This document shows positions 19,137 to 29,238 of a stretch of DNA of 64,000 nucleotides, in pieces. The position numbers and the translations under genes are program-made. Origin of the DNA: Candidatus Latescibacterota bacterium (lineage in GTDB: Bacteria > Latescibacterota > UBA2968); contig OZ242010.1 in NCBI GenBank assembly GCA_965204745.1, positions 4,064,001 to 4,128,000 of the forward strand, written 5' to 3'. The notes beneath the pieces were generated by a model. The model ran no database searches, was not told the DNA's origin, and saw only the letters and a list, made by a program, of their open reading frames with translations. Position 1 is the first letter of the stretch. Each line of letters opens with the position of its first letter.

Positions 19137-20417
19137 TTAACGCCCCATCGCCTGCAAGTAAAAACACAGCCCCAGCCCTGCAAAGACCGTGAGGGCAGAC
19201 AGGGCAAACACGCCTTGCAGATGCACCGTATCCGCGAGCGCGCCGCCCAGGATGGGATAGAGCGAGCCGACGCCCATCACGGTATTGGTAATGCCCACGT
19301 AAGTCGGGCGTCTCTCTGCGGGCGCGATGTCCAAAAGATAGCTTTTGAACCCGATAAAAACGCCCGTTGTGCTGCCGCCTATCAGAAAGAAAATGGGCGC
19401 GAAACAGCCTGCGATCACCCACTCGGACATGCGTTGCAATACATGGGCATAAGCACTCAACCCCAATGCCAAACACGGGATTAACGCCACGCCCAACACG
19501 GCGACGAGCACCACGCGGTGGTTGCCGCGCCTGATGGACAACTGCCCCCAGATGATGTTAAAAACAGCCGCGCCAATGGTTTGCACGGCCAAGAAAAAGC
19601 CGACCGTACTTTCGGAAATGCGAAAGGTCTCGCGGGCGAGCACCACGTAAAACGGGAGCGAAAACCCTATCCCAGAAGACAGGACTTGCACCCACAGAAA
19701 ACGCTTGAAATTGCGGTCGCGGCGCAACAAGTTCGGAATGTCGCGCATCACTTGAAGGGCGTTTCTCGGCGCTGTGCTCACCTCGGCCTCTGGCTCTCGC
19801 ACCAAGCAAAAGCACCCGATGCCCAAACTCATCATTCCCGCGCCCAGTGCAAAAATCGCGCCGTAGTTCATCGGAAACGCGTACCCAGTTGCGGGATGCA
19901 GAAAATACTCGACCAATACGCCCGCTGCAATGCTCAGCACCCCGCCCAAAAACGAGCGCGACGCGTAGAACAATCCGGTGTGCGAGCGCGGGAGGGACTT
20001 GCCCACGATGTCCGTATAGGCATTGCCCGCAAGCCCGCCAAACAGAGATGCCACCCCGTACATGACGAGAAACCCGCTCAATACCAAACTCGGTCTCTCG
20101 CTTTTGCACCACGCGAGCAGGGGCACAATGGCCCAAATCAGGGACATTCGCACGGCATTCGCCCGCCGGTACACGGGCAACCGCCTCCTGCGCCGCTCCA
20201 AATATCCGGCCACGAGCAGTTGGGGCAAATGCCAACCCGCGCGGTGCAGGGAACTGCCCAAGCCGACCAGCGTATCCGAGGTGGTGAAATGCCGAATGAA
20301 AACGGGCAAGACCGTTGTGGGATCCAAAAACGCGATGCCAAATGCGAACACCCCGCCGTTGCACACGCCCACGATAAAATTGAATCGCGCATTGCCCTTG
20401 TTTGGTAGAAATCCCAT
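19137..20417 (-). CDS. MFS transporter
   Basis: 426 aa with about 12 hydrophobic helices. Confidence 0.8.
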   Translation of the reverse strand: MGFLPNKGNARFNFIVGVCNGGVFAFGIAFLDPTTVLPVFIRHFTTSDTLVGLGSSLHRAGWHLPQLLVAGYLERRRRRLPVYRRANAVRMSLIWAIVPLLAWCKSERPSLVLSGFLVMYGVASLFGGLAGNAYTDIVGKSLPRSHTGLFYASRSFLGGVLSIAAGVLVEYFLHPATGYAFPMNYGAIFALGAGMMSLGIGCFCLVREPEAEVSTAPRNALQVMRDIPNLLRRDRNFKRFLWVQVLSSGIGFSLPFYVVLARETFRISESTVGFFLAVQTIGAAVFNIIWGQLSIRRGNHRVVLVAVLGVALIPCLALGLSAYAHVLQRMSEWVIAGCFAPIFFLIGGSTTGVFIGFKSYLLDIAPAERRPTYVGITNTVMGVGSLYPILGGALADTVHLQGVFALSALTVFAGLGLCFYLQAMGR

Positions 20418-20567
20418 GACGCGCTATTATATCTTTCGGATGCTGTGCGTGCAAGGTGAAAGTCAACGGAACGGGGTACAACAGGCCGTCTCTCAGGCTA
20501 GTTCATCGGCGTTTCGCGTTTAGATATCAGCCCTCGCCGATCCATCCCGCAGGGAGAATTTATGGGC

Positions 20568-20596
20568 TTGAAAATTTTGAAATAATTGAGTATGTT
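20568..20596 (+). promoter_or_regulatory. Putative sigma70 promoter for the DUF420-mod-res run
   Basis: TTGAAA-17 bp-TATGTT in an AT-rich patch. Confidence 0.45.
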
Positions 20597-20646
20597 CTCC
20601 CTGACCCGCGAGTTGTGAATACCTCAAACCGAGAGATTTGAACGCC

Positions 20647-21057
20647 ATGTCCGCCACAGACTTGCCCGCGATAAACGCCTGTCTCAATGGGGGTTGCACC
20701 ATTTTTCTCGTGTTGGGATTTATCGCTATCAACCGCGGCGCCATCAAAACGCACCAGAAATGCATGATCGCCGCGTTGATTTTATCCGCCCTCTTTTTGA
20801 CCTGCTACCTGATTTACCACTTTCAGGTCGGCTCTGTGCCCTATCCGCATCGCGATTGGACGCGCCCGATCTACTTTGCCATTCTCATCCCGCACGTCGT
20901 TTTGGCTGCTGTGAATGCGCCCTTTATCATCGCGCTCGTCTGGCGTGCGTTTAAGGGCGACTTTGATCGCCACCGCCGGCTCGCCCGATGGGTTTGGCCG
21001 AGTTGGATTTTTGTGTCCATCACCGGCGTGATCATCTATTTGATGCTTTACGGATGA
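20647..21057 (+). CDS. DUF420 membrane protein
   Basis: LPAINACLN, HQKCM, FLTCYLIYH, HRRLARW..PSWIFVSITG. Confidence 0.85.
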   Translation: MSATDLPAINACLNGGCTIFLVLGFIAINRGAIKTHQKCMIAALILSALFLTCYLIYHFQVGSVPYPHRDWTRPIYFAILIPHVVLAAVNAPFIIALVWRAFKGDFDRHRRLARWVWPSWIFVSITGVIIYLMLYG

Positions 21058-21089
21058 TGAACTGCAATAATTGCAATTGGAGGCCATCT

Positions 21090-22997
21090 ATGAATAAGCT
21101 CACTGTTGCCGATCCCGAAACCCGCTCGGTCGACCTCGTTTCCGAGAACATCGCGCAACTGAAAACCCTATTTCCGGAGACATTCGCCGAAGGGAAAATT
21201 GACTTTGCGGTATTGCGACAACTGCTCGGCGACGCCATTGACGAAGGCACTGAAAAATACGGCCTTAACTGGCATGGCAAGTGGCATGCCCGCAGGCTCG
21301 CACTCATGCCCAGTGCAGGAACCCTGCGCCCCTGCCCAGATGAGAGCCTCAATTGGGACGCGACGCAAAATCTGATGATTGAAGGCGACAACCTCGAAGT
21401 GCTGAAGTTGCTACAAAAGAGCTACTACGGCAAAGTGAAATTGATTTACATCGACCCGCCTTACAACACCGGCAAGGATTTCATCTATCCCGACAACTAC
21501 AAGGATGGTATTCAGAATTATCTCAAAATCACCGGTCAACTTGACGACAACGACCAAAATCTGTCGTCCAACACCGATGCGTCAGGTCGCTTCCACACCA
21601 AATGGCTGAATATGATGTACCCGCGCTTAAAAATTGCCCGCAACATGCTGCGAAATGATGGAATCTTGGTTATCTCTATCTCTGATTCAGAAGTCCACAA
21701 TCTCCGGTCGTGCCTTGACGAGATCTTTGGCATAGACAATCTATTGGGTTGTGTGATGTGGAAGTCGACCAAATCGGTAACGAACACGGCACTGATTTCG
21801 GTCTCACATACTTACAATTTAATCTACGCCCGCAACCGCGATTATTTTGTCGAGAATCGCATGCACTTTCGCCTACTGGAAGAAGGCGAGGGATTTTCCA
21901 ACCCCGATAATGATCCGCGTGGCCCTTGGAAAGCCGATCCCTTTCAAGTAGGCGGTGAACGCCCTAACCAGAGGTATCCCATTACCAATCCCAAAACGGG
22001 CGCGATATATCGTCCTAATCCTGGAAATAGTTGGAAAAATGAACAGAAGGTTTTTGAGCAACTACGGGCTGATAATCGCATCGTTTTTGGCGTGAACGGC
22101 GATGCAGGGCCGCAACGCAAGCGTTTTTTGACCGAGGCTGAAGAACGAGGTCGGGTAGCCAAAACATGGTGGGATGATGTTGACACGACCACAAATGCGA
22201 CAAGAGCGACAAAAAAACTGATGGGAGAATCCGTGTTTGACAATCCAAAGCCGGTGTCCCTTATCCAAAGGTTCGTTCAACTTGGTACTCACGATCCGTC
22301 TGACGCTATCGTAATGGACTTTTTTGCTGGCTCTGGAACGACCGCCCAGGCAGTCCTCGAACAAAATTTGGCTGACCGTGGGGTTAGAAGGCATATCTCG
22401 GTACAGCTCCCCGTTCCCCTTGATCCAGAAAATAAAGAGCAAAAAATTGCTGCAACGTATTGCGATTCTATTGGCAAGCCGCGCAACCTTGCCGAGTTGA
22501 CAAAAGAGCGTCTTCGCCGCACAGCGACCAAGATCAAAGACGAAAATCCGTTGCTTGCAGGCGACCTCGGCTTCCGAGTTTTCAAGCTCGACAGTTCTAA
22601 TATTCGACCTTGGGACCTAAACCGCGAAAATTTCAAGCAAAGGCTACTCGACAATGTAGAACATATCGAGAAAGACCGCAGTGAGGAGGATCTCCTGTAC
22701 GAATTGTTGCTCGAGTTTGGGCTCGACCTGTGCCTCACACTAGAAAAACGCGACATTGCCGGGAAGCGGGTAAATGTCGTCGACCGGGGCGTGCTCATTA
22801 CCTGCCTTGCCAAACAAATTGACCAATCCGAAGTTGAGGAACTCGCGCTTGGCATTGCGGCGTTGTACCGGCAACTGGAGAATACAGACGATACAGGGGT
22901 CGTTTTTCGAGACAGTGCTTTTGCAGACGACGTTGCCAAAATCAACCTCACCGAAATTTTGCGGCAGTACGGCATCAAAGACGTACGCAGTTTATAG
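21090..22997 (+). CDS. mod: Type III restriction-modification methyltransferase subunit
   Basis: IEGDNLEVLKLLQ, IYIDPPY, FDNPKP, DFFAGSGTT; start MNKL after GGAGG. Confidence 0.93.
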   Translation: MNKLTVADPETRSVDLVSENIAQLKTLFPETFAEGKIDFAVLRQLLGDAIDEGTEKYGLNWHGKWHARRLALMPSAGTLRPCPDESLNWDATQNLMIEGDNLEVLKLLQKSYYGKVKLIYIDPPYNTGKDFIYPDNYKDGIQNYLKITGQLDDNDQNLSSNTDASGRFHTKWLNMMYPRLKIARNMLRNDGILVISISDSEVHNLRSCLDEIFGIDNLLGCVMWKSTKSVTNTALISVSHTYNLIYARNRDYFVENRMHFRLLEEGEGFSNPDNDPRGPWKADPFQVGGERPNQRYPITNPKTGAIYRPNPGNSWKNEQKVFEQLRADNRIVFGVNGDAGPQRKRFLTEAEERGRVAKTWWDDVDTTTNATRATKKLMGESVFDNPKPVSLIQRFVQLGTHDPSDAIVMDFFAGSGTTAQAVLEQNLADRGVRRHISVQLPVPLDPENKEQKIAATYCDSIGKPRNLAELTKERLRRTATKIKDENPLLAGDLGFRVFKLDSSNIRPWDLNRENFKQRLLDNVEHIEKDRSEEDLLYELLLEFGLDLCLTLEKRDIAGKRVNVVDRGVLITCLAKQIDQSEVEELALGIAALYRQLENTDDTGVVFRDSAFADDVAKINLTEILRQYGIKDVRSL

Positions 22998-23005
22998 GGC
23001 GCACA

Positions 23006-25984
23006 ATGAAATTCCAATTTGAACCCGATCTGGATTATCAACGAAAAGCCATTGACGCCGTCTGCGACCTGTTCCGCGGGCAAGAGGCTTGCCGCAGTGA
23101 ATTTACAGCCTCGCACGCCCTGACCGAGCAGAGGCAACTCGGCTTTGCGGAGAACGACTTGGGCGTCGGCAACCGGCTGGCTTTGTCAGAAGACGCACTT
23201 TTGGCGAACTTGCAAGACATCCAACTTCGGAACGGGTTGCGTCCCTCGTCCGGGCTGGATTCCCATGATTTCAGCGTGGAGATGGAGACCGGCACCGGCA
23301 AGACCTATGTCTATCTGCGGACGATATTTGAATTGAACAAGCGGTATGGCTTCACAAAGTTCGCCATTGTCGTGCCGTCAATCGCCATTAAAGAAGGCGT
23401 CGACAAATCGCTCGCTATGATGCGTGATCACTTTCGCGCACTCTATTCGGGCGCGCCTTTCGAGCATTTCATCTACGACTCGACCCAGTTGGGCCAAGTT
23501 CGCAACTTTGCCACCAGTCCGCAGATTCAGATCATGGTGATGACGGTCGGTGCCATCAACAAACGGAACATCAACAGCATTTACCATGAAAGCGAAAAGA
23601 CAGGTGGGGAGAAACCCATCGACTTGGTTCGCGCCACCCATCCGATACTGATCGTCGATGAACCGCAAAGCGTGGATGGTGGGTTGAAGGGGCGCGGCAA
23701 GGAAGCACTTGAGACGATGAATCCGCTTTGCACCTTGCGCTATTCAGCCACACACATCGACCTGCACCACCCGGTCTATCGGCTCAACGCGGTAGATGCT
23801 TACGAACGCAAACTGGTCAAGCAGATTGAAGTGTCAGCCGGCACTGTTATAGACGATTACAACAGGCCCTATGTGCGATTGGTTGCAACGCGGCGACAAC
23901 GCGGCGTCATCAGTGCCCAAGTTGAGTTAACCATAAAAACGCAGACCGGCTCGGTGAGGCGTGAAATAATGGTTGTTCAAGATGGCGATTCTCTCGAACG
24001 CAAAACGCGATACGCAATCTACCACAACCATCACATCGGGGAGATTCGGGTTGAACGAGGCAATGAATATTTGGAGTTGCGCGTGCCGGGCACTGAGCAT
24101 TGGCTACGCGAAGGAGAAGCCTACGGCGATGTCGAAAATAGGGTTATCCAGCGGGAAATGATTCGCAGAACCATCCATGAGCATTTGGAAAAAGAGAAGG
24201 GGCTTCATAGGGAAGGGATCAAAGTTCTGACCCTCTTTTTTCTCGATAAAGTGGCGCATTATCGGGACTATGATAAAGATGGCAACGCCATCAAGGGGGA
24301 GTACGCACGCATTTTCGAAGAAGAATACCGGCGCGCCGCCAACAACCCGAACTATCGCGCCCTTTTTGAGGGGGTGTCCGACTTAACCGAAGCGGTTGAG
24401 CAGGTCCATAATGGCTATTTCTCCATTGACAAGCGGGGCGGGTGGACCGACACCGCAGAGAACGACCAAACCAACCGGGACAATGCCGAACGCGCTTACA
24501 ATCTGATTATGCGAGACAAGGAAAAATTGCTCAGTTTCGCAGAGCCGCTCAAATTCATTTTTTCGCACTCTGCTTTGCGCGAGGGTTGGGACAATCCCAA
24601 TGTGTTCCAAATCTGCGCGCTTCGAGATATTCAAACCGAACGGGAACGCCGCCAGACTATCGGCCGCGGCCTACGCCTGTGCGTCAACCAAGCAGGCCAG
24701 CGACAACGCGGTTTTGAGGTCAACACCCTCACCGTCATCGCAAGGGAGAGCTACGAAGATTTCGCCGACAATCTCCAGCGCGAAATTGAAGAGGAAACCG
24801 GCACCCGCTTTGGCACTGTTGAACCCCATCAATTTGCGTCGATCCAAGTTCGTGGCGAAGACGACCAAACCGAGTATTTGGGCTTGGAACAGTCGCAGAT
24901 GCTGTGGGAACACTTCAAGGCGCGGGGTTATATCGATGCAGATCAAAAAATTGCGGATGCTTTGACCTTGGACGCAGGCAACTTCGCTTTACCCGCCCAC
25001 TTTGAACCCCTGCGCGAGGCCATAGCCGAAGTGTTGCGTAAAGCCAATGGTCGGATTGTGATCAAAGACCGCAATGAACGCCGCCGAGCGCATCCACGAG
25101 AAGCGGTACTGGATGGCGAAGAATTCAAAGCCCTTTGGGACCGCATCAAGTACAAGACGACTTACCGCGTCAAATTCGACAACGAGGAACTGATCAAAAA
25201 GTGTTCCGAGACACTCAGAGACGCGCCTCCAATACCGCGTACCAGACTCCAGTGGAACGCGGCGGATCTACGGATTGGGGAAGCCGGAGTACAAGCCAAA
25301 CTGCGAGAGCAAAGCGCGGCGATAAATTTGGTTGACGACCATATAGCCCTTCCCGATGTGTTCACCGAACTCCAAAACAGGACCCAACTGACCCGGCGGA
25401 GCATTCAACGCATCCTGTTGGCGAGCGGACGACTGGACGATTTTTGCGTCAATCCGCAAAAATTCATCGAAATAGCGGCCGAGGCCATCAATCGCCGCAA
25501 GCGTCTAGCGGTGGTCGATGGGATCAAATATCAGCGGTTAGGGGCCGACGCCTACTACGCCCAAGAACTGTTCATGAGCGAGGAAATGACCGGGTACTTA
25601 AAAAATATGCTCGTCTCGCAAAAGTCGGCCTACGACCATGTCGTCTATGACTCTGCCAACGAGGCGGCTTTTGCCGATCAACTCGAAAAAAATATCGCCA
25701 TCAAAGTGTACGCCAAGTTGCCGAGGTGGTTCCAAGTGCCTACCCCACTGGGAGGCTATACCCCGGATTGGGCCGTGCTCGTAGAAGATGGCGACGGGGA
25801 GCGGCTTTACTTTGTCGCAGAAACGAAAAGCACAGCATTCCTCGACGATCTCCGCAATATCGAACGGGCCAAAGTCGCGTGTGGGCGGGCCCACTTTTCA
25901 GCACTGAAAGTTGGGGAATCGCCGATAGAATACCGGGTTGTACACACGCTGGACGAATTGATGGCAGATGAGGAAAAAAAATGA
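23006..25984 (+). CDS. res: Type III restriction endonuclease subunit
   Basis: METGTGKT, IVDEPQ, LRYSATH, EGWDNPNVFQIC, QTIGRGLRL, PD...ETK nuclease motif. Confidence 0.93.
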   Translation: MKFQFEPDLDYQRKAIDAVCDLFRGQEACRSEFTASHALTEQRQLGFAENDLGVGNRLALSEDALLANLQDIQLRNGLRPSSGLDSHDFSVEMETGTGKTYVYLRTIFELNKRYGFTKFAIVVPSIAIKEGVDKSLAMMRDHFRALYSGAPFEHFIYDSTQLGQVRNFATSPQIQIMVMTVGAINKRNINSIYHESEKTGGEKPIDLVRATHPILIVDEPQSVDGGLKGRGKEALETMNPLCTLRYSATHIDLHHPVYRLNAVDAYERKLVKQIEVSAGTVIDDYNRPYVRLVATRRQRGVISAQVELTIKTQTGSVRREIMVVQDGDSLERKTRYAIYHNHHIGEIRVERGNEYLELRVPGTEHWLREGEAYGDVENRVIQREMIRRTIHEHLEKEKGLHREGIKVLTLFFLDKVAHYRDYDKDGNAIKGEYARIFEEEYRRAANNPNYRALFEGVSDLTEAVEQVHNGYFSIDKRGGWTDTAENDQTNRDNAERAYNLIMRDKEKLLSFAEPLKFIFSHSALREGWDNPNVFQICALRDIQTERERRQTIGRGLRLCVNQAGQRQRGFEVNTLTVIARESYEDFADNLQREIEEETGTRFGTVEPHQFASIQVRGEDDQTEYLGLEQSQMLWEHFKARGYIDADQKIADALTLDAGNFALPAHFEPLREAIAEVLRKANGRIVIKDRNERRRAHPREAVLDGEEFKALWDRIKYKTTYRVKFDNEELIKKCSETLRDAPPIPRTRLQWNAADLRIGEAGVQAKLREQSAAINLVDDHIALPDVFTELQNRTQLTRRSIQRILLASGRLDDFCVNPQKFIEIAAEAINRRKRLAVVDGIKYQRLGADAYYAQELFMSEEMTGYLKNMLVSQKSAYDHVVYDSANEAAFADQLEKNIAIKVYAKLPRWFQVPTPLGGYTPDWAVLVEDGDGERLYFVAETKSTAFLDDLRNIERAKVACGRAHFSALKVGESPIEYRVVHTLDELMADEEKK

Positions 25985-26871
25985 ACATCTTAATATCTGG
26001 TGCCTCTGGCTTGATTGGGTCGGCAATGAAGACCGCGTTGCACGCGCGCGGGGATCGCGTTTTGTCCCTGACGCGGCGCGTTGCTCGCAGTGACAGCGAA
26101 ATCACTTGGGATCCGGTTGCAAATGTCCTCGATCCCTCGCGGCTCGTCGATATCGATGGGGTCATCCATCTGGCCGGCGAGAACATCGCGGCGGGACGTT
26201 GGACAGCCGCGCAAAAAGCGCGTATCCGGGACAGCCGGGTGCAGGGCACGGGCTTGCTCGCGCAGACCCTCGCGCAACTGCCTGCGCCGCCAAGCGCGTT
26301 CATCTCCGCGTCGGCCATCGGTTATTACGGCAACCGAGGAGACGAACTCCTCACCGAAGACAGCCCGCCCGGAGAGGGCTTTCTCCCCGAGGTCTCGGTC
26401 GCTTGGGAACGGGCCGCCCGTCCCGTAGCAGAAGCGGGCATCCGCACCGTGCATCCGCGCATTGGCATCGTCTTGTCGCGCAACGGGGGGGCACTCGCCA
26501 AAATGCGCTTGCCCTTCAAATTGGGATTGGGCGGCACCATCGGGTCGGGCGATCAATACATGAGTTGGATCGCCCTCGACGACTTGGTCGCGCTGTTCCT
26601 GTTCGCATTGGACGACGAATCCATCAGCGGCGCGGTCAATGCCGTGTCCCCAACGCCGGTGACCAACCGCGAATTTACCAAAACCCTGGCCCGCGTCCTG
26701 TCGCGCCCCGCGATTTTCCCGGTGCCCGCTTTTGCCGCCAAACTCGCACTCGGGGAAATGGCCGACGCCCTCTTGCTCGCCAGTACCCGCGTGATTTCCA
26801 CACGCCTCGAAAACACATCCTTTTCCTTTGCCCATTCGGACCTCGAGGCGGCATTGCGGCGGGAGATGTGA
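25981..26871 (+). CDS. TIGR01777 (YfcH-like) NAD-dependent epimerase/oxidoreductase
   Basis: GASGLIG, HLAGENIA, SASAIGYYG, GLGGTIGSGDQYMSWI. Confidence 0.9.
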   Translation: MNILISGASGLIGSAMKTALHARGDRVLSLTRRVARSDSEITWDPVANVLDPSRLVDIDGVIHLAGENIAAGRWTAAQKARIRDSRVQGTGLLAQTLAQLPAPPSAFISASAIGYYGNRGDELLTEDSPPGEGFLPEVSVAWERAARPVAEAGIRTVHPRIGIVLSRNGGALAKMRLPFKLGLGGTIGSGDQYMSWIALDDLVALFLFALDDESISGAVNAVSPTPVTNREFTKTLARVLSRPAIFPVPAFAAKLALGEMADALLLASTRVISTRLENTSFSFAHSDLEAALRREM

Positions 26872-26960
26872 CGGATTGCGCGGCTTGTAGGATCGCAGCT
26901 AGAGCGGTTCTCGAGCGAACTCGCACGTCTTTCCAAATCCAGTTCTCAGGAGGACTTCTT

Positions 26961-28373
26961 ATGGCTTTGCGCGAACACTCCTTCAAAGAAAGCGTTGACC
27001 TCATGTTTGAACGGGCCGCGGCAACCCTCGACTTGCCCCCCGGCTTGGCCGACCAGATCAAGACCAACAACAACATTTACATGGTGCGTTTTTTTGTCAA
27101 ATGCCATGGGCGCTACCAGATTTTCACGGGTTGGCGGTCGGTTCACAGCGAGCATCGCCTGCCGGTAAAAGGCGGCATTCGCTTTGCCCCCACAGTCAAT
27201 CAAGAGGACGTGGAAGCACTCGCGGCCCTCATGACGTACAAATGCGCCATCGTCGATGTGCCCTTTGGCGGATCCAAAGGTGGCTTGTGCATCGACCCGC
27301 GCGACTACGACGAGGAAGACCTCGAGCGCATCACCCGGCGGTTTGCACAGGAATTGATCAAAAAGGGATATATCAACCCGGCCCTCAATGTTCCCGCGCC
27401 CGACATGGGCACCAGCGACCGAGAAATGGCCTGGATCGCCGACACCTATCGCAGCATGCACCCCGAAGACATCGATGCCATCGCTTGTACGACGGGCAAA
27501 CCCTTCTCCCAAGGCGGGATTCAAGGGCGGCTCGAAGCGACCGGACGGGGGGTTTTTTACGGGCTGAAAGAATTTTTCAATTACCCGCAAGACGTCAAAG
27601 CCGCGGGGTTGGAGGGCGATTTGGAGGGCAAGCGCGTCATTGTGCAGGGCTTGGGCAATGTGGGCTTTCACGCGACAAAATTTTTGGAAGAAGAAAGTGG
27701 GGCGCGCATCGTCGGCATTATTGAACGCGACGGCGGCGTCTGGTGCGAGAAGGGATTCTCCGTTGAAGATGTCGCAGCGTACCGCGCAGAACGCGGTTCG
27801 GCGAAAGGCTTTCCGGGCGCCACTTATGTCGCAGATGGCAAACGCATGCTCGAAGCGGAATGCGATGTGCTGATCCCGGCTGCGGTCGAAGGTCAACTCA
27901 CGCTCGAAAATGCACGGCGTATCAAAGCCCCGGTGATTGCAGAAGCCGCCAATGGTCCGATCACATTTGAAGCAGACGACGTGTTGCGACGCGCCGGCAA
28001 GATCATCATCCCCGACACCTACCTCAATGCGGGCGGCGTCACGGTTTCGTATTTTGAGTGGATCAAGAACCTCTCCCACATCCGTTTTGGCCGGCTCGAC
28101 AGGCGGCTCGAGGCGCACCGCGGCGCGCAAATCATCGAAGCCATAGAAGAAATGGTCGGCAAACCCGTTCCCGACCATCTCAAATCCAAACTCTCTTACG
28201 GCGCGGACGAATTGGATTTGGTGCGTTCGGGACTCGAAGATACGATGAGCATTGCCTATCAAACCATGCGTGAAATTCGCAACTCGCGCGACAATGTGCC
28301 GGATTTACGCACGGCAGCCTTTGTGATCGCCATCGAAAAAATCGCACAGGCGTATATTGAGATGGGATTGTGA
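26961..28373 (+). CDS. gdhA: Glutamate dehydrogenase (Glu/Leu/Phe/Val family)
   Basis: KGGIRF, PFGGSKGG, PAPDMGT, QGLGNVG, EAANGP, GGVTVSYFEW; start after AGGAGG. Confidence 0.92.
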   Translation: MALREHSFKESVDLMFERAAATLDLPPGLADQIKTNNNIYMVRFFVKCHGRYQIFTGWRSVHSEHRLPVKGGIRFAPTVNQEDVEALAALMTYKCAIVDVPFGGSKGGLCIDPRDYDEEDLERITRRFAQELIKKGYINPALNVPAPDMGTSDREMAWIADTYRSMHPEDIDAIACTTGKPFSQGGIQGRLEATGRGVFYGLKEFFNYPQDVKAAGLEGDLEGKRVIVQGLGNVGFHATKFLEEESGARIVGIIERDGGVWCEKGFSVEDVAAYRAERGSAKGFPGATYVADGKRMLEAECDVLIPAAVEGQLTLENARRIKAPVIAEAANGPITFEADDVLRRAGKIIIPDTYLNAGGVTVSYFEWIKNLSHIRFGRLDRRLEAHRGAQIIEAIEEMVGKPVPDHLKSKLSYGADELDLVRSGLEDTMSIAYQTMREIRNSRDNVPDLRTAAFVIAIEKIAQAYIEMGL

Positions 28374-28458
28374 GGGTGAGATACAAGCCTCGTACATTTG
28401 CGAGAAACACGACCCGTTCATCGGGTTTTTCCATCACTTCAAAAGTTAGGAGTATCTC

Positions 28459-29226
28459 ATGGCGTCTATGACCATTTCGCTGTTGGGACATGCGTCTTTT
28501 CGGCTGCAACCCGATTCGGGCGAGGTGTTCTTTTTCGATCCGTGGTTGGACGAGAATCCCACTTGCGATCTGTCGGTGGCAGATGTGCAGCGCGCCGATG
28601 TGGTGATTGCCAGTCACGGGCACAGCGATCACATGGGGGATTCGCTGCGCCTGTGTCGGGAAACCGGGGCCACATTTGTCGGCAATTTTGAACTGTGTTT
28701 GGTGGCGGAGAAGCACGGCTTTGAGATCGGGCGCAATGCCATTCCGATCAACCCGGGCGGCACGGTGGAGGTGCCGGGCGCGCGCATTACGGCCACGCAG
28801 GCGTTTCACTCGCTTTCGATGTCGCCCGCGTTGGCGTTGGGAGACGCGCCCGCGGATCAGTATTTTCGCCCCGATGGCGCGGTGTGCGGGATGGTGATGG
28901 CGTTTGACAATGGCATCTCGGTTTACGACACGTCCGATACCACCGTGTTTAGCGACATGCAGTTGATCGGCCAGATGTATGGGCCTCAGATCGCGATTTT
29001 GCCCGTGGGCGGGAAATACACGATGGGCATTCGAGAAGCGGCGCGGGCGGCCAGTTTTATTCGCCCAGATGTCGTCATTCCATGTCATTATGGCGAAACC
29101 CTAGGCCAGCCCGCAGACATTGAGGCGTTTTCAAACGCGGTCTCATTTCTTTCGCCCAAGACGCAAGTGGTGGCCCTCGATCCGGGGGCGTCTGTTACGT
29201 ATTGTGCCAGTTCTGTCGAATTTTGA
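28459..29226 (+). CDS. Metallo-beta-lactamase-fold hydrolase (UPF0173-like)
   Basis: LGHASF, SHGHSDH, LPVGGKYTMG, IPCHY. Confidence 0.88.
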   Translation: MASMTISLLGHASFRLQPDSGEVFFFDPWLDENPTCDLSVADVQRADVVIASHGHSDHMGDSLRLCRETGATFVGNFELCLVAEKHGFEIGRNAIPINPGGTVEVPGARITATQAFHSLSMSPALALGDAPADQYFRPDGAVCGMVMAFDNGISVYDTSDTTVFSDMQLIGQMYGPQIAILPVGGKYTMGIREAARAASFIRPDVVIPCHYGETLGQPADIEAFSNAVSFLSPKTQVVALDPGASVTYCASSVEF

Positions 29227-29238
29227 GAGGAGGGTGAT

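Noticed and set aside
21090-22997. Phase-variable mod (phasevarion)
   Set aside because: No simple sequence repeat tract seen in or upstream of mod
26106-26960. 755-aa ORF implying a long N-terminal extension of glutamate dehydrogenase
   Set aside because: The extension overlaps the TIGR01777 gene in another frame, is Arg-rich and unstructured-looking, and a strong RBS precedes ATG 26961
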